From Bacteroidota bacterium (GTDB taxonomy: Bacteria > Bacteroidota > Ignavibacteria > Palsa-1295), in assembly GCA_030706745.1 (NCBI GenBank), contig JAUZNX010000004.1, forward strand, positions 218,152 through 282,151: a stretch of 64,000 nucleotides of DNA. Reading direction: 5' to 3'. This document shows, one piece after another, positions 38,528 to 49,178 of the stretch. Numbering within the stretch: position 1 is the first letter of the stretch; each line of letters begins with the position of its first letter. A model generated the notes under the pieces. It did not search any database. It saw nothing but the letters and a program-made list of their open reading frames with translations, and was not told the DNA's origin. The position numbers and the translations under genes are program-made.

Positions 38528-39880
38528 ATGAGCAAGATTCCGAAAATCTATCCTGAACATCTGCCTTCGCATAACCCCGGTTCGTTCTCCCCGTTGGCCG
38601 AGCGGCTACGTCCGCAAACATTAGAGGAGGTTGTTGGTCAACGATCGCTGCTTGGTCCCGGTAAGCCGCTTCGTGTCATGGCCGAGCGGGGCAAACTGCA
38701 CTCGATGGTCCTGTGGGGTCCGCCCGGAACTGGCAAGACAACGATCGCCAACATACTCGCTCGGACCGCTCGCGCGCCATTTTTTTCGCTGTCGGCGATC
38801 AGCGCCGGCGTCAAGGATTTACGGGAAGCCATCGAGTTGGCGCGTGAAGCCAACCGTACTTCCGAGGAGCGAAGCGTGCTGTTCATCGATGAAGTCCACC
38901 GCTTCTCGAAATCGCAACAAGACGCGCTGCTGGGTGCCGTCGAACATGGCGATGTGACACTCATCGGCGCCACGACGGAAAATCCATCGTTTGAAGTGAT
39001 CTCGCCGCTCCTAAGCCGTGCGCGCGTCTTTGTACTCGAAAGCCTTTCGCGCGAAGACCTCGAAACACTGCTCGAACGCGCATTGAAAGAAGACGAAGAA
39101 CTTCGCGAGTTGCATCTTGAACTTGGCGAGGACGCTCGCCGCACGCTGATGGTACTCTCCGGCGGCGATGCACGCAAAATGCTGAATGCACTTGAGCTTG
39201 CGGTTCAATTAGCGCCCCCGCCTTTTGAAGGCGGCGGCACGGGGGTGGTTTCCGCCGAATCCATTGAAGCCGCTGTTGGACGCAAGGCATCGCGCTATGA
39301 CAAAGCCGGCGAAGAACATTACAATATCATTAGCGCCTTTATCAAGTCGATGCGCGGCAGCGATCCGAACGCCGCGCTCTACTGGCTGGCGCGTATGATC
39401 GAGTCGGGCGAAGATCCGGAGTTCATCGCGCGCCGCATGATTATCTTTGCGAGCGAAGACATCGGGAATGCCGACCCGAACGCGCTCTTGCTCGCGACCG
39501 CATGTTGGGATGCCGTTCGAGCTGTTGGATTTCCCGAGGCGACGATTATCTTTGGACACGTCGTGGCATATCTTGCGTCGGCCGTGAAATCCAACGCGAC
39601 ATATATGGGTATTTCTGCCGCGCTGGATGACGCGAAAAACAATCCTGATCAGCCTGTACCGTTGCATCTCCGCAATGCGCCGACAAAGCTGATGAAAGAA
39701 CTCGGCTACCATGCAGGCTACCGCTACGCGCATTCCGAAGAAGGACATTTCGCGCGCGGAATGACGTATTTGCCCGAAGGCTACGAAGATAAGGTATACT
39801 ACAAACCGACCGAGCAAGGCCGCGAGAAGACGATTCTCGATCGGCTCAAGGCATTATGGCCAGGGAAGTACAAAGTCTGA
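38528..39880 (+). CDS. rarA: replication-associated recombination protein A (MgsA/RarA AAA+ ATPase)
   Basis: PLAERLRPQTLEEVVGQ N-terminus. Walker A GPPGTGKTT. Walker B LFIDEVHRF. Conserved C-terminal MgsA helical domain. Confidence 0.9.
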   Translation: MSKIPKIYPEHLPSHNPGSFSPLAERLRPQTLEEVVGQRSLLGPGKPLRVMAERGKLHSMVLWGPPGTGKTTIANILARTARAPFFSLSAISAGVKDLREAIELAREANRTSEERSVLFIDEVHRFSKSQQDALLGAVEHGDVTLIGATTENPSFEVISPLLSRARVFVLESLSREDLETLLERALKEDEELRELHLELGEDARRTLMVLSGGDARKMLNALELAVQLAPPPFEGGGTGVVSAESIEAAVGRKASRYDKAGEEHYNIISAFIKSMRGSDPNAALYWLARMIESGEDPEFIARRMIIFASEDIGNADPNALLLATACWDAVRAVGFPEATIIFGHVVAYLASAVKSNATYMGISAALDDAKNNPDQPVPLHLRNAPTKLMKELGYHAGYRYAHSEEGHFARGMTYLPEGYEDKVYYKPTEQGREKTILDRLKALWPGKYKV

Positions 39881-39934
39881 ACCCGGATTCCATTAGTGAA
39901 ATCAGAAAAACAGGCGTAATCTCGGGTTCAGACA

Positions 39935-40996
39935 TTAACGCAGCAAGGCTACACGCCGCACTTCATGCACTGGCTGGCCGTCATCGCTTATGCCGGATAC
40001 ATCGAAGTAGTAAGTGCCTGGCGCATTTTGCTGGCCGGATGCCGATGCACCATCCCATGTCCAGTCCTGCACAAAGTTCGCCTCGCGCAATGTGCGGCCA
40101 AGAATGTCGGTCACCTTTACATGGAGATTGATCACTCCGTCCGAGTGAATCGTAATGGCGCCGTAAGCAGGGTTGGGATACAGCCAGAAATTAGTGGTGG
40201 ATGACTGCGAGATTACGGAAGAGGGCGTTAGCCTAACTCCTTGAACCGCAATCGCGACTTCTGGAAGAATCGGATGATTCGGCATACTCACAATCAATAC
40301 ATCCGACCTAAAGCCGATAAACGTGCTCTGAAACGAGATTGGAATATCGAAACTCTGTCCAGGTGGCAGCGCGATCGGCCATTGGTTAAATGTCGTATCG
40401 AGGTGGAAAGCCTCACCGTATTGGAATTTAATCGATTCAATTTGAACGGTCGAAGCTTGAGCGTTTTGGATGCGGGCGTGAAGGAAGGCGCTGTCACTGG
40501 TGTATTGCATGGCAATCACCTGTGGTGCGTTTGTTAGATAGAAGGTCGAATAATCCGGCGCTGGCCCCAGAGCCGTCGCGTAGATAGTCAAGCTAAATGT
40601 GCAGGAATCTCTCGAAAATGTGACTGTGATTGTATCGCTTTTTAGCTTTGTTGGTTGAAAAATCACCAGAAACGGGAATGGCCTGGTGGAATCGACTGGC
40701 AATTTTCCATTCTGAATATAGAACGACGAATCATTCGGCGAAGACACAGCGACTGAGTCACGCCTCGTGAATGAATCGAGTAGGATCAGGGTGTCCGTGG
40801 TCCAGCCTCTATACATCGCAGACATGAAATGTGACCCGAAACCGTGACAACTCAGTGTAATCGTGTCATTTTGCTGAGCAGCAGCCCGACCATTTAGGGC
40901 CGCAACGATGAAGAATGCCTGAAGAATGCAGAGCGCGAGCGATTTTGAACTTTTCACTTCTGCAAATTTACAATGGAAAGTGCGCTCGTGCTTCAT
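39935..40996 (-). CDS. secreted protein with a T9SS C-terminal sorting domain
   Basis: Signal peptide. C-terminal LYPNPAYGAITIH...LPGTYYFDV-like CTD. Confidence 0.6.
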   Translation of the reverse strand: MKHERTFHCKFAEVKSSKSLALCILQAFFIVAALNGRAAAQQNDTITLSCHGFGSHFMSAMYRGWTTDTLILLDSFTRRDSVAVSSPNDSSFYIQNGKLPVDSTRPFPFLVIFQPTKLKSDTITVTFSRDSCTFSLTIYATALGPAPDYSTFYLTNAPQVIAMQYTSDSAFLHARIQNAQASTVQIESIKFQYGEAFHLDTTFNQWPIALPPGQSFDIPISFQSTFIGFRSDVLIVSMPNHPILPEVAIAVQGVRLTPSSVISQSSTTNFWLYPNPAYGAITIHSDGVINLHVKVTDILGRTLREANFVQDWTWDGASASGQQNAPGTYYFDVSGISDDGQPVHEVRRVALLR

Positions 40997-40997
40997 A

Positions 40998-42665
40998 TCA
41001 GCCTCCGAGGCTTGTCAAAAAGGAGACCAAGTTGTTCACCCCCTCAAGCCGCAGCTTATGCCGGATCGACTGCCGGTGGTTTTCCACAGTCCGTACAGAA
41101 AGACAGAATAGATTCGCAATCGCCTTTGTGGGAAGGTCCAACTTGATCAGCGCAGCAATTTTCAGCTCCGTTGGAGTCAGTGACGGGTAGGCGGCCGATA
41201 GCCTTCCAAGAAAATCACGATGAATCTGGTTGAACTGGTGCTCGAATGTCTCCCAGTCACGATCGGTCCGAATGTGATCGTCAATTTTCTCAAGAATCGA
41301 CTTTGCCCGGCGGGAGGATTTCATGGCCGGCTCGATCTCCAGCTTCAAATCGCAAAGGAATTCGTTTTTCTCGACAAGTTGCAGGGCCAGAGTCGTTAGT
41401 TCATTCGATTGTCGCTCCGATTCTGAACGGAGAAGTTCGGCCCGGGCATTCGCATCCATTGCCAGCCGCTCCATCCGTTCTCGCTCACGGTCTGCTTTCT
41501 CTATCTCAACACGGGCCGAGATTTCAATGAGTGCGCGCTGGCGTTGCTGACTGTTTATCTCTTCATTGAGCTTGATATATCGATTGAAATACTCAATGGA
41601 TAACTTAAGCTTCCCAGCAGATTCATAAGCTTTTGCGAGGGCACTCGAGCATTCACATTCCAATGCGACCATTCCCGATTGCGAACTCACTTGTATCGAT
41701 TCTTTGAGAGCTTTTATGCCTTCTACCGGCTTGCCCGCTTCGACCAGCGTTCGTCCATAACCCATCAGACTCGCACTTAACATGCGCTTGAGACCCAATA
41801 GCCGGGAAAGCTCAGCCGCACGCTCAAAGTGCTGTTGGGCAGCCTTCCCATGACCAGCGGCCATATCAAGTTCACCCAAACTGTTTTCGATGTACGCTTC
41901 CGATTCCTTGCGACCTACTCCGGTAGCAACATGCAATGCCGCTTTGAAGAATCGACGGGTTTCCCTGTCATTCTGTTGTTGTTGAGCGATAAGGCCACGA
42001 TTATACAGGATGCTTGCCATGCCGGAATCATCCTCCTGTTCCTTCGCGAGCAGGTAACTACGCTCAAAGAAATGGTCGGCGCGGTCCAGAGCCTGAACTT
42101 CAAGATAAACTCTTGCGATATTTCCTAGGACAATAGAACGGCGCAAAGGATCGTCGGAGCGTTCGAGAATAGACAAACTCGCATACTGGTATTCCAGCGC
42201 TTTAGGGTAATCGCCCTGCTCCAGCGCAGCATTGCCAAGAGCGCCGAGGATATCGACCTCCGACTGCCGATGTTGCTCGCGCGAAAGCTTCAAGGCTTGT
42301 TCGTAGTAATCAATCGCTTCTTTGTATTTTCCTTGGTTGGAAAGTGCCAACCCAAGCGAAAACATTGGCCCTTCGACTAGATGGTGAGGACTGTCAAGTT
42401 CAATCGCTTTGTGGAATGACTTTTCGGCAACCGCATATTCGCACAACTGGAACTGAGCACAGCCGAGACGATAGTGGGCGCTCGCTTCTTTGTCGCGGTC
42501 CTTCCGTTTCTTCGCGAGTGTGAGTGCTTCCTGTGCCCACTTGGCGGCGTCTTTCGGACTTGACCGGTAGAAATCTCTGCTCGATTCAAGCAGGACGCGA
42601 AGGCGCTCTTCCGGAGAAGAGGCCTTCGCGATTGCTTGCTTCGCTGCTTCGAGATCGTGCTTCAT
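40998..42665 (-). CDS. TPR-repeat transcriptional regulator with a C-terminal LuxR/GerE-type HTH
   Basis: N-terminal two-thirds TPR repeats plus coiled coil. C-terminal KIAALIKLDLPTKAIANLFCLSVRTVENHRQSIRHKL matches a LuxR-family HTH. Confidence 0.75.
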   Translation of the reverse strand: MKHDLEAAKQAIAKASSPEERLRVLLESSRDFYRSSPKDAAKWAQEALTLAKKRKDRDKEASAHYRLGCAQFQLCEYAVAEKSFHKAIELDSPHHLVEGPMFSLGLALSNQGKYKEAIDYYEQALKLSREQHRQSEVDILGALGNAALEQGDYPKALEYQYASLSILERSDDPLRRSIVLGNIARVYLEVQALDRADHFFERSYLLAKEQEDDSGMASILYNRGLIAQQQQNDRETRRFFKAALHVATGVGRKESEAYIENSLGELDMAAGHGKAAQQHFERAAELSRLLGLKRMLSASLMGYGRTLVEAGKPVEGIKALKESIQVSSQSGMVALECECSSALAKAYESAGKLKLSIEYFNRYIKLNEEINSQQRQRALIEISARVEIEKADRERERMERLAMDANARAELLRSESERQSNELTTLALQLVEKNEFLCDLKLEIEPAMKSSRRAKSILEKIDDHIRTDRDWETFEHQFNQIHRDFLGRLSAAYPSLTPTELKIAALIKLDLPTKAIANLFCLSVRTVENHRQSIRHKLRLEGVNNLVSFLTSLGG

Positions 42666-42737
42666 TGGGAGTACAGTCCTGAAAACTAAGTCTGAGTGCT
42701 GAGCACGAGAGGATACTCAGCACTCAGTTCTTAGCAC

Positions 42738-44729
42738 TTACTGAAAGATGAGGCGCTTCGATATGGTGAATGCATTTCCATTTTGGTCCACGCCGCTAGC
42801 ACGGACGATATAGAATCCACCGTTTCGGGCTGGCGCGTCCCACGTTGTCTGCAGTGTGTTTGGCATGATGGCCAGCCGATTACCAAGGAGGTCGAAGATT
42901 TCGACCGAGGCTTTCGTCGCATTCGATACCCGGATTCCGATTGGTCCTTCGGCGGGATTCGGTGCAATCGATAGGCCGACGGTACTCGAGATAATGTTCG
43001 TGCTGATACCTGCATTGGCTTTCGTGTAAAACGCCTCCAGGTTAAACGGTGGCCACGGTGCAAGATTCTGGCTTGCTTCAATCGTGAGCGAATCGTGATA
43101 GAAGCCATTCGTATCGCCGGTGAACTGTACAATAACGCCAAATCTCTGATTCAAGGTTAGAGTATCCGGCAGGCCATGCGGCAATTCGCCAAGGATCTGA
43201 AAATGCGTGCCTTGCGAAAGTGATGCTCCTGTGACATGGACTTGTCCCGTAAGGTTATTAAGAAACCAGAAGGTGTCGACCGTCACATGCGAGGAAGTGG
43301 TCATGGCAAGTAATTCGCTCTGCGCGGGAAAGAGTTGCAGGCCGGTGTCGGTCGATGACGTAGCGTTTCCTTCGCATGCAATCATGCCCCAGCATGTACC
43401 TCCATCCGTGAAGACAAGATCGCCACCGAAATATCCGCTCCGCCGTGGCGCGGCGCGGAAACGGATCGTGACCGTATCACCCGAATGGACAGTCATGGGA
43501 AGTGATGGGCTGAGAATGGTAAGCGAACAGCTATCGGAGATATATTTGCTTTGAAGTACTAATGCCGAATCATTATGGACGATGAACGACGCAGAGGCAT
43601 CGACATATCCACCGGCAATCACGTCGTCGAGAGTGATCGAGTCCCGGCCAACCGCGCTGATGCAGGGGTCTGTGTATCCATAGATCTGACCACCGAGTAC
43701 GCCGGTCGTCCCGGAGGAGTCGCGCCAATTCACATTGATATTTGCGGAGTTGAAGCCGTAATATCGTGTTGGATGAAAGCATGCAGAGAAAGTAACGGAA
43801 TCGCCTGCCTGCAGCCAGAAGGGCGTGCTGGGGGTGCCACTAAGGAAGAAGTCATTTTGTGCAGACATAGTAACGGACCGAATTTCGATCGCCTGCACCG
43901 TCGGGTTTGAGAGCACAAAGGTCCCACATCCAGTATCTCCGACCGATACATGACCTATATTCACGGACGTAATTGCTGGTACATACGAATGCGCTGGCAC
44001 CGAATCAAGGACAGTGACCCACACGGAATCAACTTGCACGTATGGCGAGGCACAATAGAAGCGCACGAGCGTTCGCTCGTACCCTACGCCGTGCGAGTGA
44101 TAGGTGATCCATACATAACGATTGGTCGGATAGGTGCCGGAAATTGAGAATGAACCACTCGGATCGAGCGACCAATGTGTTGTATCGGAAAGGGATGCCT
44201 GCATGGTGATCGCGCTGGATTGCAGATTGTATACGAGCATAGGGGCATTGACCGTATCACCAAAGCAAGTGAGATTAATCTCATGGGAATAGAGCGAAAA
44301 ATCCTTCGTCGGAGGGACGATGTAATTGGTATCATACCCTGTGAGATAAATCGTATCCTCAGTATGTCCATCCGAGAGAACCACGGCATTGCGTGAGGTG
44401 TCATTCGCCAGGCTGGCAAACGCAACGCTCACCGTTCGCAAGGAAGTATCCCAGGAAGCCCAGGAAACGGAAGTGGCTCCGACCGTGAATTTGCCCGGAT
44501 ATTTGTATGGGTAATTGTAAATAGCTACAGTCTCAGAATCACTGGACATGTGCTGAATCGTGATGGATTGGCTTCCACTCACTTGCCAGAACATATTGTG
44601 ACTGCTGGAGACACGAAATTTTGGAGTGGCGTGTGCCTGCGGAATCGCCAGGCCGAGAAATAGCCAGGCGAAGACGAGCGCGAGGCCCGTTCGGGTCAAT
44701 CGTTTGGGATAGTGCTGCATGGTACTCAT
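42738..44729 (-). CDS. T9SS-sorted secreted protein, paralog 1 of a tandem three-gene family
   Basis: Signal peptide after internal Met. Shares blocks (IYLTGY, LQLFPAQSELLAMTTSS.VTVDTFWF, GTHFQILGELPH..PDTLT..Q.FGVIVQF.GDTNGFYHDSLTIEAS) with the next two genes. T9SS CTD. Confidence 0.7.
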   Translation of the reverse strand: MSTMQHYPKRLTRTGLALVFAWLFLGLAIPQAHATPKFRVSSSHNMFWQVSGSQSITIQHMSSDSETVAIYNYPYKYPGKFTVGATSVSWASWDTSLRTVSVAFASLANDTSRNAVVLSDGHTEDTIYLTGYDTNYIVPPTKDFSLYSHEINLTCFGDTVNAPMLVYNLQSSAITMQASLSDTTHWSLDPSGSFSISGTYPTNRYVWITYHSHGVGYERTLVRFYCASPYVQVDSVWVTVLDSVPAHSYVPAITSVNIGHVSVGDTGCGTFVLSNPTVQAIEIRSVTMSAQNDFFLSGTPSTPFWLQAGDSVTFSACFHPTRYYGFNSANINVNWRDSSGTTGVLGGQIYGYTDPCISAVGRDSITLDDVIAGGYVDASASFIVHNDSALVLQSKYISDSCSLTILSPSLPMTVHSGDTVTIRFRAAPRRSGYFGGDLVFTDGGTCWGMIACEGNATSSTDTGLQLFPAQSELLAMTTSSHVTVDTFWFLNNLTGQVHVTGASLSQGTHFQILGELPHGLPDTLTLNQRFGVIVQFTGDTNGFYHDSLTIEASQNLAPWPPFNLEAFYTKANAGISTNIISSTVGLSIAPNPAEGPIGIRVSNATKASVEIFDLLGNRLAIMPNTLQTTWDAPARNGGFYIVRASGVDQNGNAFTISKRLIFQ

Positions 44730-44825
44730 AGGTTGATTTTGAAGAAGTTGAAAATGCTTGATGACATAACTCATCGCGAAGGTATTCGTTACCCGTCTTG
44801 ACTACTCAATTAATACCTATAACAA

Positions 44826-44856
44826 CAAAACCCCCCGCCGGTTAGGGCGAGGGGTT
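44826..44856 (-). terminator. intrinsic terminator of paralog 2
   Basis: Minus strand: cccctcgcc-ctaacc-ggcgggggg (9-bp stem with one GU) followed by ttttgttg. Confidence 0.55.
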
Positions 44857-44875
44857 AAGGAGTCGGACGGTACTC

Positions 44876-46927
44876 TTATCGTGCGAGAATGAGGCGCTTC
44901 AATAGGGTAAAGGCAGTGCCGTTTTCGTCCACTCCGTTCGCGCGGACGATATAGATGCCATCGCTCAGGCCAGTCGGATCCCATGAACTGGTGAGGGCAT
45001 TCGGCATGACTGCCACACGATTGCCGAGGACATCGAAGATCTCGATGGAAGCCTTCGTGGCACTGGCGAGCATCATGGTGACCGGTCCTTCAGAGGGATT
45101 GGGGACAAGGCTCAAGCTTGCTGGACTGGAGGACATGATGGAGTTGACGCCGGAGTTTGCCGACTTCGTATACAACGCTTCGAGATTATAGACCGGGAAG
45201 CCCTGAAGGTTATGGCTCGCCTCGATCGTCAGCGAATCGTGATAGAATCCGCTCGTATCGCCACTGAACTGGACGATAACGCCGAAGTTTTGGCTCGACG
45301 TGATGGTGTCTGGCAGTGCATGCGGCAACGTGCCCGCGATGCTGAAGTGCGTGCCCTGCGAGAGCTTGACGCCATTCGATGGGATGATCACCGATCCACC
45401 ATAGTTGTTGACGAACCAGAACGTATCCAGCGTGACCTGCGAAGATGTTGTCATTGCCAGCAGTTCAGTCTCCGCTGGGAAGAGTTGGAGCCCACTCGAC
45501 GACGAATCGAGCGCGCGACCGCGGAATGTGATTGTGGAAGTGCAGTTGTCTCCATCCGAGAGCGAGATATAGCCCCAGTAGACCCCATTGCCGTATCTTC
45601 CTTGTCCCGCCGGTGTTGCGCGGAAGCGCACCGGGATGGTGTCGCCGGCATGGACCCGCGTGGGCAGCGATGGACTAATCACTTGAACCGAGCCGCTATC
45701 GGTCATGAACAAATAGGTGGTCCGCAGGATGGAATCCTTGTGGACGATAGCATACTCAGTCGCTTCGACATATCCACCGATGAGCACATCGTCGAGCACG
45801 ACAGTATCGCCGAGGAGCTTGACGCACGAGGGCGTGTATCCTGTTGCCGTTGCATAAATTCTTCCCGACATGCCGGACGAATCGAGCCAATCGACATCCA
45901 CATCCGCGCTGGAGCCGCCGAAGAAGCCCACCGCCGGATTGTAGCAAATGGAGAACGTATTCGTGGATCCTGCTGCCAGCCAGAATGGTGTGGACGGCAC
46001 ACTACTGAGCGACCAGTCATAGTCTGCCGAAATGTTGATCGCAGTAATTTGGATGGCCTTCGAGGTGGCATTCGTTAGCGTCACCGGGCCACACGTCGTG
46101 TCACCCTGCTGCACCTGACCCAACGCGGGCGCGGTGATACCTGGAATGTAGCTTGGGGGCGCAAACAGCGGGTCCGTTACATATATATGGATGACGGTAT
46201 CCTGATAGTATGGAGTGTAGCACACGATGTTCACCGTTGCGGTGTCGCGCCAGACGCCGTGCGGATGGTATGTGATCGTCAGGGTTCTGGAACCACCTGC
46301 GGCCATCGTAGCCAGGAGTCCACCGCCACCGTTAATATCCCAATTGGTGCTATCCAGCAAACTGATAGACACAGTGATGGTTGATGTTCGGTGATTCAGG
46401 ACATAGACCGTGCCGGATGAGGACGTCCCGCCGGAATCGCGGCGGACAGTAATATGTGGAAGCCCGTAATTCCAATTGAGTAAGTAGTCCACCGTATCGG
46501 TGACATGCGGTCCGTATCCCGTTAGATAAATCGTATCGATACGGTGGCTATCATGCAAAATGAGCACGGCCGTCGAGGTGTCGTCCAAAGCGGAGGAGAA
46601 GTACACACCCAAATAACGCGTGTTCCGCACGATTCCGGTATCTTGCGAAGAATCCGCCCAGTAGATGCTCGACTGATCCAATGTAAAGTTGGAGCTACCA
46701 CTCAGAGTGGCGAAGACGGTCAGTGCTGTGGTGCCACCGGTCCGAGTTAAGGCTAGTGCCGTGGATCCGTTGGTAGACCACGTATATTGATGAGATCCGC
46801 CATAGCTGTAGGAGACAAAGGCACTCGCGTTCTGTGTCGCCGCGGCAAGTAAGAGAGACACAAGCACGAGAGATAAAAATGCCAGCGCGCGTGGGGCACG
46901 ACGGGAGTGTTGTATCGAATGTTCCAT
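44876..46927 (-). CDS. T9SS-sorted secreted protein, paralog 2 of the tandem family
   Basis: Start set at the ATG giving MEHSIQHSRRAPRALAFLSLVLVSLLLAAATQNASA. Conserved family blocks and T9SS CTD. Confidence 0.7.
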   Translation of the reverse strand: MEHSIQHSRRAPRALAFLSLVLVSLLLAAATQNASAFVSYSYGGSHQYTWSTNGSTALALTRTGGTTALTVFATLSGSSNFTLDQSSIYWADSSQDTGIVRNTRYLGVYFSSALDDTSTAVLILHDSHRIDTIYLTGYGPHVTDTVDYLLNWNYGLPHITVRRDSGGTSSSGTVYVLNHRTSTITVSISLLDSTNWDINGGGGLLATMAAGGSRTLTITYHPHGVWRDTATVNIVCYTPYYQDTVIHIYVTDPLFAPPSYIPGITAPALGQVQQGDTTCGPVTLTNATSKAIQITAINISADYDWSLSSVPSTPFWLAAGSTNTFSICYNPAVGFFGGSSADVDVDWLDSSGMSGRIYATATGYTPSCVKLLGDTVVLDDVLIGGYVEATEYAIVHKDSILRTTYLFMTDSGSVQVISPSLPTRVHAGDTIPVRFRATPAGQGRYGNGVYWGYISLSDGDNCTSTITFRGRALDSSSSGLQLFPAETELLAMTTSSQVTLDTFWFVNNYGGSVIIPSNGVKLSQGTHFSIAGTLPHALPDTITSSQNFGVIVQFSGDTSGFYHDSLTIEASHNLQGFPVYNLEALYTKSANSGVNSIMSSSPASLSLVPNPSEGPVTMMLASATKASIEIFDVLGNRVAVMPNALTSSWDPTGLSDGIYIVRANGVDENGTAFTLLKRLILAR

Positions 46928-46950
46928 GGTAAGCTGCAATAGGTTTGGAT

Positions 46951-47037
46951 GTTCGAATGATCGCTCATTCTTCAAGACTCAACGGGATAACCCGGTAATC
47001 AAACAGAAGTTACAAAGTTTGACTACTCAAAAACTAC
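46951..47037 (-). promoter_or_regulatory. conserved 5' leader/promoter motifs of paralog 2
   Basis: GAATGATCGCTCATTC (46957-72), GATAACCCGGTAATC (46986-47000) and TTGACTACTCAAAAACTAC (47017-35). The same blocks occur upstream of paralog 3 and partly paralog 1. Confidence 0.5.
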
Positions 47038-47084
47038 CTAGATCGTATGGTCGATGGATGCGAGGAACGTCTCCGAACGAAGAA

Positions 47085-47117
47085 GGGACCTCCGACCCGG
47101 CGGTCGGCGGTCCCTTA
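47085..47117 (-). terminator. intrinsic terminator of paralog 3
   Basis: gggacc...ggtccc hairpin with nested ccgacc / ggtcgg, located directly after the stop of 47137..49152. Confidence 0.45.
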
Positions 47118-47136
47118 TGATACACGCTCGTTGCGG

Positions 47137-49152
47137 TTATCGAGCCAGCACGAGTCGCTTTGAAATCGCGAATGGATCGCCGTTCTGGTCCATCCCGCTG
47201 GCACGGATGATATAGATGCCCCCGCTCAGGCCGGTCGGGTCCCACGAACTGGATATCGCATTTGGCATGACCGCAACACGGTTGCCGAGCACATCGAAAA
47301 TATCGATCGATGCCCGTTCAGCATTGTCGATGGAAATCGCAACCGGTCCGAGGGCCGGATTCGGGGCAAGCCAAATCTGTGCGGGGCCCGCGATCGCAAC
47401 CCGGTGCACAGCAGCAGGAACGCCGGTGCGAACGGCTTCGAGATTGATCGGCAGCGATTGGATTGCGTAATCCGCATCGATATAGAGCGAGTCATGATAG
47501 AAGCCGTTCGTGTCACCGCTAAATTGCACGATCACACCGAGCTTCTGCGAAGATGTCAGTGTGTCAGGCACATTGCGTGGTATCTCGCCGAGGATACTGA
47601 AGTATGTGCCCTGCGCGAGATGCACACCGCCCAGCGGGATATGAACGGCCCCAGAGTAATTATTGACAAACCAGAAAGTATCGACCGTGACCTGGGACGA
47701 AGTTGTCAGTGCCAGCAGTTCTGATTGCGCCGGGAAGAGCTGCAAGTCACTCGTAGATGACTGCATCGATTGGCCTTGAAAAACGATCTCGCCACTCCAA
47801 CCGGTATCTGACAGCGGGATGTAACCCCAGTAGTATCCCGCAGTATCCGCGCTCGGCGTCACGCGGATTCGGATCGAAACCGTATCACCGGAGTGCATCT
47901 GATGCGGCATGCTGGGAGCGATAATCGAGACCGAACCACCACCGGAGACATACGAACTGCCGCCAGCCAATGTCAGATTTTTATGCGCCACAAAAATGGC
48001 TGTGGCTTCAACATACCCGCCGACGATCACATCGTCGAGACGCAGCGAATCTCGAATCGCTTCGAGAGCCGCAGGCGTGTGGGCATAGGCATTATCCGCG
48101 ACGGTCCCCGTCATGCCATTTGAATCCCGATAGGATACGTAAATGCGGTCCCCGGCATAATCTCCAATATCTCCTTGTGGAGGATGGAAGCAAACCGTGG
48201 CAGTTCTGGAGCCACCGGCCGGGATTGCGAATGGCAGCGGGTCGAATTGTAGACTCCAGTATGTCGAGTCGGACGCACGGATATACGTGATCGTAATCGC
48301 CTGAGACGTATGATTACTGATGGTCACCGTCCCGCACGCTGAATCTCCCGGCTGTACCTCGCCCAGATCGGGAGCGGTCACGGTAGGAACATAGGACACC
48401 GGTGCATAGTGGTTGTCCGTTGCCTGAACCGTCACGATCCTTTGCTGATAGTAGGGCGAAGCGCAAGTTAGGGTAATTGTGACGTTATCGTGATAGACTC
48501 CGTGCGGTTTGTAGTTCACATTGAAGGCTCGGCTTCCAAAACTCGAGACCAGAATACTCTCCGAGCCGCCGTGGCCATCCAGATCCCAGTTGGTACTATC
48601 ACTAAGCCGCGCCACAACATAAATGCTACTGGATTGGCGATTGTAGAGCCATTCGCTCGTTGTTCCGCCGAGTTGAGTCGAGTCACTCACGAAGATGGAC
48701 AGCGCCGTATCCGAGACCGTGAAGTCCCTCGAATCCTGAGTGCCATATCCGATCAGTTCGATCGTATCTCTCACAACGCTATCGGAGAGCACCAGGTAGG
48801 CGATGGAAGTATCGTTCGCGCTCGAAGAGAACCGCACTGAGAAATACCGTGGGAACATGTAGCCGGTATCTTGGGAGGAATCAGGCCAATAGACATTCTG
48901 GTAGTCAAGGCTAAACTTCTTGCTGCCAGATAGATACGCATCGACCGATAACGGCGTATATCCTCCGATGCGATTGATAGTTACGGTCTTCGCGCCATTG
49001 CTGGTCCAAACGAGTTGATGCGATCCCGTATAAGAAAACGTCACCAGGGCTCGCGCGTCACGTTCCGTGCATAGCATGAAGGATACCAGCAGGAGAGACA
49101 TAAGACACATCGCACAGGCACCGCGCCAGATGTGGCGAATCGAATATTTCAT
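47137..49152 (-). CDS. T9SS-sorted secreted protein, paralog 3 of the tandem family
   Basis: Signal peptide. Conserved family blocks. T9SS CTD (LAPNPALGPVAISI...GGIYIIRASG). Confidence 0.7.
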   Translation of the reverse strand: MKYSIRHIWRGACAMCLMSLLLVSFMLCTERDARALVTFSYTGSHQLVWTSNGAKTVTINRIGGYTPLSVDAYLSGSKKFSLDYQNVYWPDSSQDTGYMFPRYFSVRFSSSANDTSIAYLVLSDSVVRDTIELIGYGTQDSRDFTVSDTALSIFVSDSTQLGGTTSEWLYNRQSSSIYVVARLSDSTNWDLDGHGGSESILVSSFGSRAFNVNYKPHGVYHDNVTITLTCASPYYQQRIVTVQATDNHYAPVSYVPTVTAPDLGEVQPGDSACGTVTISNHTSQAITITYIRASDSTYWSLQFDPLPFAIPAGGSRTATVCFHPPQGDIGDYAGDRIYVSYRDSNGMTGTVADNAYAHTPAALEAIRDSLRLDDVIVGGYVEATAIFVAHKNLTLAGGSSYVSGGGSVSIIAPSMPHQMHSGDTVSIRIRVTPSADTAGYYWGYIPLSDTGWSGEIVFQGQSMQSSTSDLQLFPAQSELLALTTSSQVTVDTFWFVNNYSGAVHIPLGGVHLAQGTYFSILGEIPRNVPDTLTSSQKLGVIVQFSGDTNGFYHDSLYIDADYAIQSLPINLEAVRTGVPAAVHRVAIAGPAQIWLAPNPALGPVAISIDNAERASIDIFDVLGNRVAVMPNAISSSWDPTGLSGGIYIIRASGMDQNGDPFAISKRLVLAR

Positions 49153-49178
49153 GGTAAAATAGCAGTAGATTTTGATAC

